Assembly (NCBI GenBank): GCA_965242865.1
Contig: CBDETK010000013.1
Location: forward strand, 1,728,001 to 1,792,000
DNA: 64,000 nt
Source: Candidatus Latescibacterota bacterium
GTDB lineage: Bacteria > Latescibacterota > UBA2968 > UBA8231
Direction of reading: 5' to 3'
Shown here: positions 26,611 through 37,346 of the stretch, piece by piece
How the letters are laid out: the number at the start of each line of letters is the position of its first letter
Position numbering within the stretch: position 1 is the stretch's first letter
Program-made: the position numbers and the translations under genes
Notes under the pieces: model-generated
What the model saw: the letters and a program-made list of their open reading frames with translations, nothing else
Database searches by the model: none
What the model was told of the DNA's origin: nothing

Positions 26611-27594
26611 CTACCCTCGCTGGGCCAACACGGTCTCGACGATGCGCTCTTGACTGGGAATAGTCGGCATCTCGAGGGCGGGGCTGAAGGGGATGGGCAC
26701 ATCGGCGGCGCCGAGGCGCAAGACGGGCGCGTCGAGCCAGTCGAATGCCTCGGCGTTGAGGATGGAAGCGAGCTCGGCCGTGGTGCCGTAGCGCTCAACG
26801 CCTTCGTCGATCACCACCGCGTAGCCGGTTTTGCGCACCGAGGCGAGCAAGGTGGCTTTATCTAGCGGTACGAGGGTGCGCGGATCGACGACCTCGGCTT
26901 CTAGCCCTTGGGCAGCGAGCTCTTCTGCGGCCGCGAGGGCGACGCCGACCATGCTAGAGGTGGCGACGAGGGTCAGGTCCGTGCCGGCGCGTTTGATCTC
27001 GGCTTGGCCAAAGGGGATGAGGAAGTCGTCGTCGTCGGGCACCGGGCCGGAGTCGTTGTACATCATCTTGTCTTCAAAAAAGAGCACCGGGTTGTCGTCG
27101 CGAATTGCGGTCTTGAGCAGGCCCTTGGCGTCGCGCGGCGTGGCCGGGATGGCGACTTTGAGCCCGGGAATGTGGGCAAACAGCGCGTGCAAGCTCTGGG
27201 AGTGCTGGGCGGCCGAAGAGCGCCCGGCCCCCATCGACAACCGGATCGTCAGCGGCACCTTGCACTGGCCGCCCGACATGTAGCGAATTTTGGCCGCCTG
27301 ATTGACGATCTGGTCCATGGTCAACAGGGAAAAGTCGCCGAACATCAGCTCGCACAGCGGGCGCATGCCGGTCATGGCGGCGCCGACGCCGAGGCCGATA
27401 TAGCCGGCCTCGGCAATGGGGGTGTCGATGACGCGCTCCGCGCCGAACTCCTCAAAGAGGCCCTCGCAGCACTTGAAGATACCGCCCGAGGCCCCCACGT
27501 CCTCGCCCATGACAAAGACGGTCGCGTCGCGCCGCATCTCCTCGGCCGTGGCGCGGCCGATCGCTTCTCTAAACAGCATGTCCCGATCAGGCAT
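26611..27594 (-). CDS. 2-oxoacid/acetoin dehydrogenase E1 beta subunit (AcoB/PdhB-like)
   Basis: GEDV, DTPIAEAG, AAQHSQS, DAKGLLKTAIRDDNPV, DAPVLR. Confidence 0.92.
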   Translation of the reverse strand: MPDRDMLFREAIGRATAEEMRRDATVFVMGEDVGASGGIFKCCEGLFEEFGAERVIDTPIAEAGYIGLGVGAAMTGMRPLCELMFGDFSLLTMDQIVNQAAKIRYMSGGQCKVPLTIRLSMGAGRSSAAQHSQSLHALFAHIPGLKVAIPATPRDAKGLLKTAIRDDNPVLFFEDKMMYNDSGPVPDDDDFLIPFGQAEIKRAGTDLTLVATSSMVGVALAAAEELAAQGLEAEVVDPRTLVPLDKATLLASVRKTGYAVVIDEGVERYGTTAELASILNAEAFDWLDAPVLRLGAADVPIPFSPALEMPTIPSQERIVETVLAQRG

Positions 27595-28597
27595 ATATAT
27601 CCTCAAAGGCTTGTTCTGGCGGAGGGAAGGGCGATTCTTTGCCGAATTCGATGGCGTCGAGGACCGCGCGCTCCACTTGCTCGTACAGGGCGTCGAGCTC
27701 GGCCTGCTTGGCGACCCGGTTGGCGATCATGTATTGGCCCAACAGGCGAATGGGGTCTTTGTTCTCAGACCACCAGCCGACCTCGTCGCGGGTGCGGTAG
27801 GTCTGGGCGTCGCCGACGTGATGGCCGTGGTAGCGGTAGGTTTTGGCTTCGATCAGGCTCGGGCCGTCGCCCTGGCGCGCCTTGGCCACGGCGGCGGTTA
27901 CTTTTTCGTACATCTCCAGCACATCGGCGCCGTCGGCGATGACCCCTTTGAGGCCGAGGCCCTGGGCGCGGTCGGCGATGTCGGTGACGCCGGTGACGCT
28001 CTCGTAGGGCGTGTGCTCGCCGTATTGGTTGTTCTCGCAGACGTAAATCACCGGCAGGTTCCAGATTACGGCCATGTTGATCGTTTCGAGCATGATGCCT
28101 TGGTTGGCCGCGCCGTCGCCGAAGAAGCAGACGCCCACCTGATCGGTCCCCCGCAGCTTGGCCGAGAGGCCCGCGCCCGTGCAGATGCCAAAGCCGCCCC
28201 CGACGATGCCATTGGCCCCGAGGATGCCCACGGACATATCGGCGATGTGCATGGAGCCGCCCTTGCCGCGGCAATAGCCGGCCTCCTTGCCCATGATTTC
28301 GGCCATCATGCGGTCGAGCTGGCCCCCCTTGGCTAGGCAATGGCCATGCCCGCGGTGGGTGCTGGTGATGTAGTCGGAATCGCGGAGGGCCGCGCAAGCC
28401 CCGACGGCCACGCCTTCCTCCCCGATGTAGAGGTGGGCTAGGCCGGGCATCAGGCCGCGGGTATAGACGTCCCAGACGTGTTCTTCAAACAGGCGGATCT
28501 CCGACATTTTGCGGTACATAAACCACAGTTTGTCGGGCGCGGCCCGGAGCTTGGTTTTTTTGGCTTTTGCTTTGGGTTTTTTGCGGGCAGTTGGCAT
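27587..28597 (-). CDS. TPP-dependent 2-oxoacid/acetoin dehydrogenase E1 alpha subunit (AcoA/PdhA-like)
   Basis: HLYIGEE, STHRGHGH, GKGGSMH, FFGDGAANQG..ENNQY, TYRYHGH. Confidence 0.92.
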   Translation of the reverse strand: MPTARKKPKAKAKKTKLRAAPDKLWFMYRKMSEIRLFEEHVWDVYTRGLMPGLAHLYIGEEGVAVGACAALRDSDYITSTHRGHGHCLAKGGQLDRMMAEIMGKEAGYCRGKGGSMHIADMSVGILGANGIVGGGFGICTGAGLSAKLRGTDQVGVCFFGDGAANQGIMLETINMAVIWNLPVIYVCENNQYGEHTPYESVTGVTDIADRAQGLGLKGVIADGADVLEMYEKVTAAVAKARQGDGPSLIEAKTYRYHGHHVGDAQTYRTRDEVGWWSENKDPIRLLGQYMIANRVAKQAELDALYEQVERAVLDAIEFGKESPFPPPEQAFEDIYA

Positions 28598-28661
28598 GTA
28601 CGCTATCTCCGGCAAGGCTCGGTGGGGAAAAAAATAAGCGGGGTGGGTCCACTAGCGTCAA

Positions 28662-28708
28662 GCGCGAAAAAGCCGGGAAACCCCTAAGGCGTCCCGGCTT
28701 TTTCGCGC
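28662..28708. terminator. Strong hairpin (bidirectional intrinsic terminator) after the ferredoxin
   Basis: GCGCGAAAAAGCCGGGA ... TCCCGGCTTTTTCGCGC perfect stem. Confidence 0.75.
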
Positions 28709-28722
28709 AAAGAGCGAGCGGC

Positions 28723-29037
28723 CTAGCTGGTTTTTTCAAATTCGGCCGCGTGTTCCTGCTTCCACTGGTTCCATTCGTCGGCGTCGTTGCGCAGCTCAAA
28801 GTACTTGGTGTTGATCTCGACGAAGCGGCTTTGGTCATCGGGCACATCCTCTTCGGCGAAGATCGCCTCGACCGGGCACTCTGGCTCGCAGGCCCCGCAA
28901 TCGATGCACTCGTCTGGATCGATGTAGAGCATGGGTTCGTCGCCGCCGTCGATTGGATGGATGCAATCGACGGGGCAAACCTCGACGCAAGCCTTGTCTT
29001 TGACGTCGATGCAGGTTTCGGTGATGTAGTAAGCCAT
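28723..29037 (-). CDS. fdxA: Dicluster (7Fe FdxA-type) ferredoxin
   Basis: CIDVKDKACVEVCPVDCI and CIDCGACEPECP. Confidence 0.9.
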   Translation of the reverse strand: MAYYITETCIDVKDKACVEVCPVDCIHPIDGGDEPMLYIDPDECIDCGACEPECPVEAIFAEEDVPDDQSRFVEINTKYFELRNDADEWNQWKQEHAAEFEKTS

Positions 29038-29116
29038 GGGTTCCTCCCAATAAGGTGTTGCTTCTTGGTGCTGTGCGTTGGGAACTATCGCAAAAATACG
29101 GGCCTGTTTGCCTCTG

Positions 29117-29695
29117 TCAAGCGGCGAGATTGCCCAGCAGGGTGGCCGCGTCCGCGTCGGTCTGACAGCGGATTCTCAGGGTGAGGCGCGACTGAGGGGC
29201 TGGGTCGCGCTCTACGGTGCATTCGGCTCCGGCAAAGAGCTGGGCGAGGACCGGGGCGAGCGCGGCCCGCAGGGCGTTTTCGCCGGCCGGGTCGTTGGGT
29301 GCGTTGAGGCGGTCGTTGGCGACGAGGAGCACATCGCCGCTGCGGAATTTTACGGTGCCGGCTAGGCTGGGGTCTTCTTCGAGGCGTCGGCAGGCCGCAA
29401 GGGCCGCTTTGAACGCGCTGGCGAGCCGGTCGGTCAGGGGGCCGTCGGTGGGTTGTTTGCGCGAGTAGAGCAAGCCCAGCTCGGCGCGGTGGTTGTCGAG
29501 GCTGTAGTTGGCTTCGTGGCCGACGAGCAAGGTCAGCGGGCCTTCGGCTAGGTGGCTGTAGTCGGCCACGTCGATGAGCACTTCGCCGGGAGTGGTGGGA
29601 ATCCAACTATTGAAGATGCGAAAGGCCGCTTGGGCCGACAGGGACTCGGGGTCTTTGAGATAGAATTTGACGTTGATGCGCTGTAGGGCTTCCAT
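29117..29695 (-). CDS. Conserved hypothetical protein in the reductase operon
   Basis: Clean ORF 6 bp downstream of the reductase; LIDVADYSH and NDRLNAPN look like conserved motifs. Confidence 0.75.
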   Translation of the reverse strand: MEALQRINVKFYLKDPESLSAQAAFRIFNSWIPTTPGEVLIDVADYSHLAEGPLTLLVGHEANYSLDNHRAELGLLYSRKQPTDGPLTDRLASAFKAALAACRRLEEDPSLAGTVKFRSGDVLLVANDRLNAPNDPAGENALRAALAPVLAQLFAGAECTVERDPAPQSRLTLRIRCQTDADAATLLGNLAA

Positions 29696-29701
29696 GGCGA
29701 C

Positions 29702-31945
<2,244 letters not shown>

Positions 31946-32010
31946 GCTTAAACCTCTATCGGTTAGCGTCCAATTGAACCTTACTAACATTATGGATTTG
32001 CCCAAGGCTG

Positions 32011-32856
32011 TCAAGACGGGTCGTCGGCTAGTTTTTCCCGCAGATAGGCGCGGATTGACGCCCCCCATTCTGGGTCGTCGAGCGCGTAATCGACAAAGCT
32101 CAAAAAATAAGACAGGTGGTTGCCAATGTCGCAGCGCTGCTCGTCGGTGCCCAAGCGCACGGCGCGGACTAGGCCCCCGGCCGCGATGAGGCCGGCAATC
32201 GCGTCGGTGAGGTACATTTCCCCGCTCGCCGCCGGGGCGGTGGCGCGGAGGTGGGGAAAAATGGCCGGAGAAAACACATAGCGCGCACTAACGGCCAAGC
32301 GGCTGGCGGTTTGCTCGGGCGTTGGTTTTTCGAGGATCGCGGTCAGCTTGGAATCGTCGGCTGCGGCCCCTTGGGGCACCAAGATGCCGTAGTGGTGCAT
32401 CCGCTCTGGGGGCACTTCGTGGGCACCGATGGTGCAGGCCGCGTCGTGGCGCAGGTGCGAGTGGATCATGCGCTGCAACAGGGGGCGGCCCTTGTGCGTG
32501 CGCACGATGCTGTCGCCAAAGGCCACGACAAAAGGCTCGCCGGCCGCAAAGGTCTCCCCGGCCGTGACCGCTGTGCCGGTGCCGGGGGGCTGGGGTTGGC
32601 GCACCGAGAAAAACTCAACGCCGCACTCGCGCAAGCCCGCCGCGCCACAGTCGTCGAAGTGATCCTCAATCGCACGCTTGTCGCGCCCGGTGACGAAGAG
32701 GATTTGGCGGATGCCGGCCGCCGCGAGCTCTTCGACGACGCGGTGGACGACCGGCAGGCGGCCCACGGGCAGCATTTCCTTGGGCAAGGCTTTGGTCGTG
32801 GGCAGGAGTCGGGTGCCTAGACCGGCTACCGGCACAATGGCTTTGGCGATGTTCAT
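32011..32856 (-). CDS. galU: UTP--glucose-1-phosphate uridylyltransferase
   Basis: KAIVPVAGLGTRLLPTTKALPKEMLP, IEDHFD, LEKP, GEMYLTDAI, DIGN. Confidence 0.85.
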   Translation of the reverse strand: MNIAKAIVPVAGLGTRLLPTTKALPKEMLPVGRLPVVHRVVEELAAAGIRQILFVTGRDKRAIEDHFDDCGAAGLRECGVEFFSVRQPQPPGTGTAVTAGETFAAGEPFVVAFGDSIVRTHKGRPLLQRMIHSHLRHDAACTIGAHEVPPERMHHYGILVPQGAAADDSKLTAILEKPTPEQTASRLAVSARYVFSPAIFPHLRATAPAASGEMYLTDAIAGLIAAGGLVRAVRLGTDEQRCDIGNHLSYFLSFVDYALDDPEWGASIRAYLREKLADDPS

Positions 32857-32894
32857 GGGATGGCTCGCGCAAAATATGAGCGCGCTGCGGGTGT

Positions 32895-32923
32895 TTGACA
32901 AGCAATAGGTGGGGCGATATTAT
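32895..32923 (+). promoter_or_regulatory. Sigma70-type promoter
   Basis: TTGACA-17 bp-TATTAT upstream of 32947. Confidence 0.65.
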
Positions 32924-32946
32924 GAGCGCTCTACCGGCAAATAGGA

Positions 32947-34131
32947 GTGGTTTCCATGGGTGAGGGACAGCCTTATCCCGCGCTCAGCGAGGGCTTGCGC
33001 GTCTCCCGCGAGATATGGGCGCAGGTCGAAGCCGTATTGCACAGCGGCACTCAGCTCGCGCTAGCGACCACCGGCGGCGGCAGCGAACTCATTAGCTGGC
33101 TCTTGAATCACCCCGGGGCCTCGTGCGCGATCGTCGAAGCCCAAGTGCCCTATAGCGAGCGAGCGCTCGCAGCGTATTTGGCCGCGCCCGGGCCGCATCG
33201 GGCGAGCGAGCAAACCGCGCGCGATCTGGCGGGCCGGGCCTTTGTGCGGGCCGCTTCCTTGGCCGAGCGCGGGCCGCGCTGCATCGGCGTAGGCTGTAGT
33301 GCAGCCTTGGCGACGAGCCGGCCGCGGCGCGGTGCGGACCGGGGCTGCCTCGCGTTGCGCTTGGAGGATTCCTATCGCTTGTACACGTTGCGCTTTGAAA
33401 AGGGGGCCGCCAACCGCTTGGCGCAAGAGGAGGTCTTGAGCCGCTTGGCCTTGGAAGCCCTAGTGGAAGCTGGCGGTGGCCCGGTCGCTGGTGAATCGCT
33501 GCCCGAGTACGCGCATCTTGCGCGGCGCACACTGGCGTTGGACGATCCGCTGGGCTTGCTTTTTGCGGGCGAATTGGACGTCGTCGAGATGCGCTCCGAT
33601 GGGGGGTTCGCGCCCGAGGTTGAGCGGGGGCAGCGCTTGCTCTTGTCCGGGTCCTTCAATCCGCTGCACGAGGGACACGAGCGGCTCGCGGCTGCCGCGG
33701 GACGGTTGAGCGGTCGCCATCCGAGTTTGGAGCTGTCCATTGAAAACGTCGATAAGCCCCCGCTGCAAAGGAGTGCTGTGGAAAGCCGCTTGGCGCGAAT
33801 GCGCGGTCGCTTCCCGGTGGTGGTGACGCGGTCGCCGACCTTTTTGCAGAAAGCCCGGCTTTTTGGCGGTTGCCATTTCGCGTTGGGCTACGATACGGCC
33901 GTGCGGCTCTTACAAGGGCAATATTATGAGGATGGGGAGCGGGGCTTGGCCGCGGCTTTGGAGGAATTTGCCGCTGAGGGGTGTCGCTTTTGGGTAGCTG
34001 GGCGGGCGGATGGAGGGGCGTATCGCACTTTGGCGGATATGGATGTGCCGGGGCAGTACGCGGGCCTCTTCGCGGGGGTGCCTTTTAGGATGGATATTAG
34101 CTCGACGGTGCTCCGTGCGGATGGGGGGTAG
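32947..34131 (+). CDS. CinA/PncC-like domain fused to an HxGH nucleotidyltransferase-like domain
   Basis: TGGGS..PGAS..VPYS..AL (CinA-like); SGSFNPLHEGH, NVDKP, GYDT, DISSTVLR. Confidence 0.8.
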   Translation: MVSMGEGQPYPALSEGLRVSREIWAQVEAVLHSGTQLALATTGGGSELISWLLNHPGASCAIVEAQVPYSERALAAYLAAPGPHRASEQTARDLAGRAFVRAASLAERGPRCIGVGCSAALATSRPRRGADRGCLALRLEDSYRLYTLRFEKGAANRLAQEEVLSRLALEALVEAGGGPVAGESLPEYAHLARRTLALDDPLGLLFAGELDVVEMRSDGGFAPEVERGQRLLLSGSFNPLHEGHERLAAAAGRLSGRHPSLELSIENVDKPPLQRSAVESRLARMRGRFPVVVTRSPTFLQKARLFGGCHFALGYDTAVRLLQGQYYEDGERGLAAALEEFAAEGCRFWVAGRADGGAYRTLADMDVPGQYAGLFAGVPFRMDISSTVLRADGG

Positions 34132-34182
34132 GAGGGACGGCACGGGGGCCGTCCCTTACGGCTACAGCCACTCCGGGCGTGT

Positions 34183-34310
34183 GAGGGGTAGGCGTCGGCA
34201 GGCGACGATCCGACCGGCGAGTGCGGCACTCCGTGTGTGCGAGGGGTAGGCGTCGGCAGGCGACGATCCGACCGGCGAGTGCGGCACTCCGTGTGTGCGA
34301 GGGGTAGGCG
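34183..34310. repeat. 58-bp tandem repeat (about 2.2 copies), preceded by a GTAG-type hairpin
   Basis: Unit GAGGGGTAGGCGTCGGCAGGCGACGATCCGACCGGCGAGTGCGGCACTCCGTGTGTGC starts at 34183, 34241 and 34299; hairpin AGGGACGGC..GCCGTCCCT at about 34133-34156. Confidence 0.85.
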
Positions 34311-34335
34311 GCAATGGCCACAAGAGGTACAAAAA

Positions 34336-34505
34336 TAACCAATGGTGCTAGTGTTTTACAATCCGAACTCCGCGATAGCCAACGGGACGCATCCGTTCTC
34401 ACCGGGCTGCATACCATGCCCCTGACCCAGCAGATTGAAGGCGGCCATGGCAAAGCTCAGATGGGCGGTGAAATACGCCCAAGCTCGATGGGTCTGCGGC
34501 TTAAA
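34336..34505 (-). mobile_element. IS982-like end fragment (terminal repeat plus transposase 3' end)
   Basis: ATAACCAATGGTGCTAGTGTTTTACAATCCGAACT and the following about 140 bp match 15484-15653 with substitutions. Confidence 0.85.
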
Positions 34506-34526
34506 TTTGGTTAAAAGACATTGTGG

Positions 34527-35117
34527 TTAGTTGACCGACGGATCCTTGGGAAATGCGGAGATGGGGCGATACTTGCCCCCCATGGAGTAGAGCACGGTTT
34601 GCCAGATGGTTTCGGGCGTGGGCGCGAGGACGTGTTCGGCGTTGCCCGGGGCCAAAAACCAAACGCCAGCGCGAATCTCGGCTTCGAGTTGGCCCGGCTC
34701 CCAGCCGGCATAGCCCAAGTAGAATCGCAGCCGCGGCACATCGGCGTGGAAGATATCGGCTTCGGCGTACTGGGCGTCGAGGTCGCCGCCCAAATAGAGG
34801 CCGTCGAGGATTTTCGTGCCCCCTTCAACTAGGCCGTCGAGCCGGTGCAAAAAGAACAGCCAGTGCGGGTGTACCGGCCCGCCCTGATAGAATATCCGCC
34901 CCAATTCCGCATGGGCCTCTTCGCTGCCCGCGAAGTGTTGCAGGGATTCGGCCGTATAACGGCGGATCTGCTCGCCGAAGGGCCGGTTGACCACCAAGCC
35001 CATGGTGAGGTCGTCTTCGCTATAGCGGGTGATGAGCACGACCGCGCGGTCGAAGGCCGGCGATTCATGCACGGGCGTAGCGACCAACAGGGTGCCGGTT
35101 TGGAGCGGTGCGGGCAT
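34527..35117 (-). CDS. yqgE: YqgE/AlgH (DUF179) family protein
   Basis: LLVATP..FDRAVVL..MGLVVNRP..GGPV..YLGYAGWEPGQLEAE..DPSVN; start moved to MPAPLQTG. Confidence 0.88.
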   Translation of the reverse strand: MPAPLQTGTLLVATPVHESPAFDRAVVLITRYSEDDLTMGLVVNRPFGEQIRRYTAESLQHFAGSEEAHAELGRIFYQGGPVHPHWLFFLHRLDGLVEGGTKILDGLYLGGDLDAQYAEADIFHADVPRLRFYLGYAGWEPGQLEAEIRAGVWFLAPGNAEHVLAPTPETIWQTVLYSMGGKYRPISAFPKDPSVN

Positions 35118-35166
35118 GACAGGTGCTAGGGACGATAACAAAGACCGTGCGGCCAGACAACCGCGC

Positions 35167-36324
35167 TCAAGGGTACGCCCAGTAGCCGCGGCGAAGGGCG
35201 TCAAAGGCTTGGCACGCCTCGGCCCAAGCGGCCCGTAGCTCGGCAACGGCCGCGCCGGCGTCGAGTGCGCGGCAGATTTGGTCGGTGCCGGCGAGGCGGT
35301 CGAAGTTGTGGATGCCCCCGTCGGGTACGCGCCAAGCGAATTCGCGCGGGTAGAGCCGCCGCACGGTCGCGAGGGCCTCAAAACCAACGCCGACCGGCTC
35401 AAAGGCCGCGCGATCGAGGACGTGGACTTGGACGCCCTCGCAGGGTTGGCCGGCGTACTGGCCGGCCGTTGGCTGGAAAAACACCGGGCGAAAGCCCACC
35501 CCGGGCAGCGCGCGGCTGTTGAGCGCGTCCGCTAGGCGCGCCCCGTCGATAAACGGCGCGCCAACCTGCTCAAAAGGCTTGGCCGTCCCCCGTCCTTCGG
35601 ACACGTTCGTCCCCTCAAAAAAGCAGGTGCCCGGATAGAGCACGGCCGTCTCCGGGCTGGGCATGTTGGGCGACGGCGGAACCCACGGCAGGCCGGTCTC
35701 TTCCCAGTAAAAAGATCGTTGCCAACCTGCCATAGCAACGACGTGGAGGTCCGCGCCGATGCCGTATTCTTCGTTGAAGAGCCGGGCGAGCTCGCCGATA
35801 GTCAGCCCATAGCGCACTGGAATCGGGTACTGCCCGACGAACGAGGCAAACGCCGGGTCGAGACAGTTGCCGGCGATGGCTTGGCCGCCGAGGGGGTTGG
35901 GGCGGTCGAGCACGACGAAGGGGATGCCGGCTTGGGCGCAGGCGGCCATGCTCAGGCTCATGGTGTAGAGATAGGTGTAAAAGCGCGCCCCGACATCTTG
36001 CAGGTCAAAGAGCATCAGCTCGACGCCCGCGAGCAGGGCCGCGTCCGGCGCCCGCGTTTGCCCGTAGAGGCTGTAGGCCGGTACGCCGGTGCGGGCATCG
36101 GTGGCATGGGCGATGCGCTCGCCGTCTTGCGCGGCCCCGCGGATCCCGTGTTCTGGCCCGTACAAGGCGACGAGCGTACAGCAATCGGCTTGGTGCAGCC
36201 GGTCGGCCGTGGACCGCAAGCGCGCATCAACGCCCGAGTGATTGGTAATCAGGCCGACGCGCCGCCCGCGGATTAAGCCGGCGTCCGCAAGCAGGCGTTC
36301 GCACCCGAGGACGACGCGACTCAT
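35167..36324 (-). CDS. namZ: Exo-beta-N-acetylmuramidase NamZ (DUF1343)
   Basis: RVGLITNHSG, GPEHGIRG, FDLQDVGARFYTY, LDRPNPLGG, PPSPNMP, SEGRGT. Confidence 0.9.
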   Translation of the reverse strand: MSRVVLGCERLLADAGLIRGRRVGLITNHSGVDARLRSTADRLHQADCCTLVALYGPEHGIRGAAQDGERIAHATDARTGVPAYSLYGQTRAPDAALLAGVELMLFDLQDVGARFYTYLYTMSLSMAACAQAGIPFVVLDRPNPLGGQAIAGNCLDPAFASFVGQYPIPVRYGLTIGELARLFNEEYGIGADLHVVAMAGWQRSFYWEETGLPWVPPSPNMPSPETAVLYPGTCFFEGTNVSEGRGTAKPFEQVGAPFIDGARLADALNSRALPGVGFRPVFFQPTAGQYAGQPCEGVQVHVLDRAAFEPVGVGFEALATVRRLYPREFAWRVPDGGIHNFDRLAGTDQICRALDAGAAVAELRAAWAEACQAFDALRRGYWAYP

Positions 36325-37346
36325 TCGGGGACGAGCGCCGAGCTGCGCTGGACGCGGCGGGCAAAGTGCTGGTAGAGGACGCTGCCCGCATAAATGCCGG
36401 TGGGGGCGACGGACGCGCCGGCGCTGGCTTGGCTCTGGCAGCGGCGGCGATAGATGTTGCGCGGATGCGCCAAGCACCACAGCAAGCTGGCACAAGGGGC
36501 CAAGGCGCTGGACCACCGGCCTCGGCCGAGATAGTAGAGCACGGCCAAGACCTCCAGCCACAGGCGCACGGGCAGCAGCCACAGCAGCCGGGGCAGCCCC
36601 GAGTTTTTGCACAGCGTGACTAGGCTATTGCGGTGGTTGAAGTAGGTCTTGCGGAAAGTGGCCGGCGGCTGGGAAAAGCCCGAATGGTGAAAAACCACCG
36701 ATTGCGGCACCGCGCGGATTTGGTAGCCGGCGCGTTGGAGACGCCAGCACAGGTCAACCTCTTCAAAGTGCATAAAGTACTCGGGGTCGAAAAGACCGAC
36801 TTGGCGGACCGCGGCCACGCGGAGGAACAAGGCCGCGCCACAGGCCCAAAAGATCGGTACGGGCGCGTCGTATTGGCCCTCGTCGCGCTCGCAGCGGTCG
36901 AAGAGCCGCCCCCGACAAAAAGCGTACCCCAAGGCGTCGATGTACCCGCCGGCCCCGCCGCTGTAATCAAAGCACTCGGGCGCACTGGCCGAGCGCAGCT
37001 TGGGCTGGCAGGCGGCGATCTGGGGATTGCCGTCGGCCATTGCAACGAGGGGGGCGAGCCAGTTCGGGCTGACGCGGGTGTCGTCGTTGAGCAGCACGGC
37101 GTAGCGGGTGCGAGCGGCTGCCAACCCCCGGTTGCAGGCCGCGGCAAACCCCAAGTTGCGCTCGTTGCGCAAAATTGCCAGCGCGGGAAAGGCGGCTTGG
37201 GTCCGCTGCAAGCTCGGGGCGTTGCCGCCGTCGTCCACCACGAGCACGCAAACCGGGTGATCGCTGTGGACATAGACCGAGGCCACGCAGTCGTAGAGCA
37301 CATCCGCGCAATAGTGCGGAATGACGACGGTGACGGGCTCGGTCAT
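36321..37346 (-). CDS. Glycosyltransferase family 2
   Basis: VVDDG, NLGFAAACN, LLNDD, WACGAA, FMHFEEVDLCWR. Confidence 0.92.
   Translation of the reverse strand: MTEPVTVVIPHYCADVLYDCVASVYVHSDHPVCVLVVDDGGNAPSLQRTQAAFPALAILRNERNLGFAAACNRGLAAARTRYAVLLNDDTRVSPNWLAPLVAMADGNPQIAACQPKLRSASAPECFDYSGGAGGYIDALGYAFCRGRLFDRCERDEGQYDAPVPIFWACGAALFLRVAAVRQVGLFDPEYFMHFEEVDLCWRLQRAGYQIRAVPQSVVFHHSGFSQPPATFRKTYFNHRNSLVTLCKNSGLPRLLWLLPVRLWLEVLAVLYYLGRGRWSSALAPCASLLWCLAHPRNIYRRRCQSQASAGASVAPTGIYAGSVLYQHFARRVQRSSALVPE

Noticed and set aside
34183-34310. Possible CRISPR array
   Set aside because: Units are identical end to end with no unique spacers, there are only about 2 copies, and no cas genes are present.
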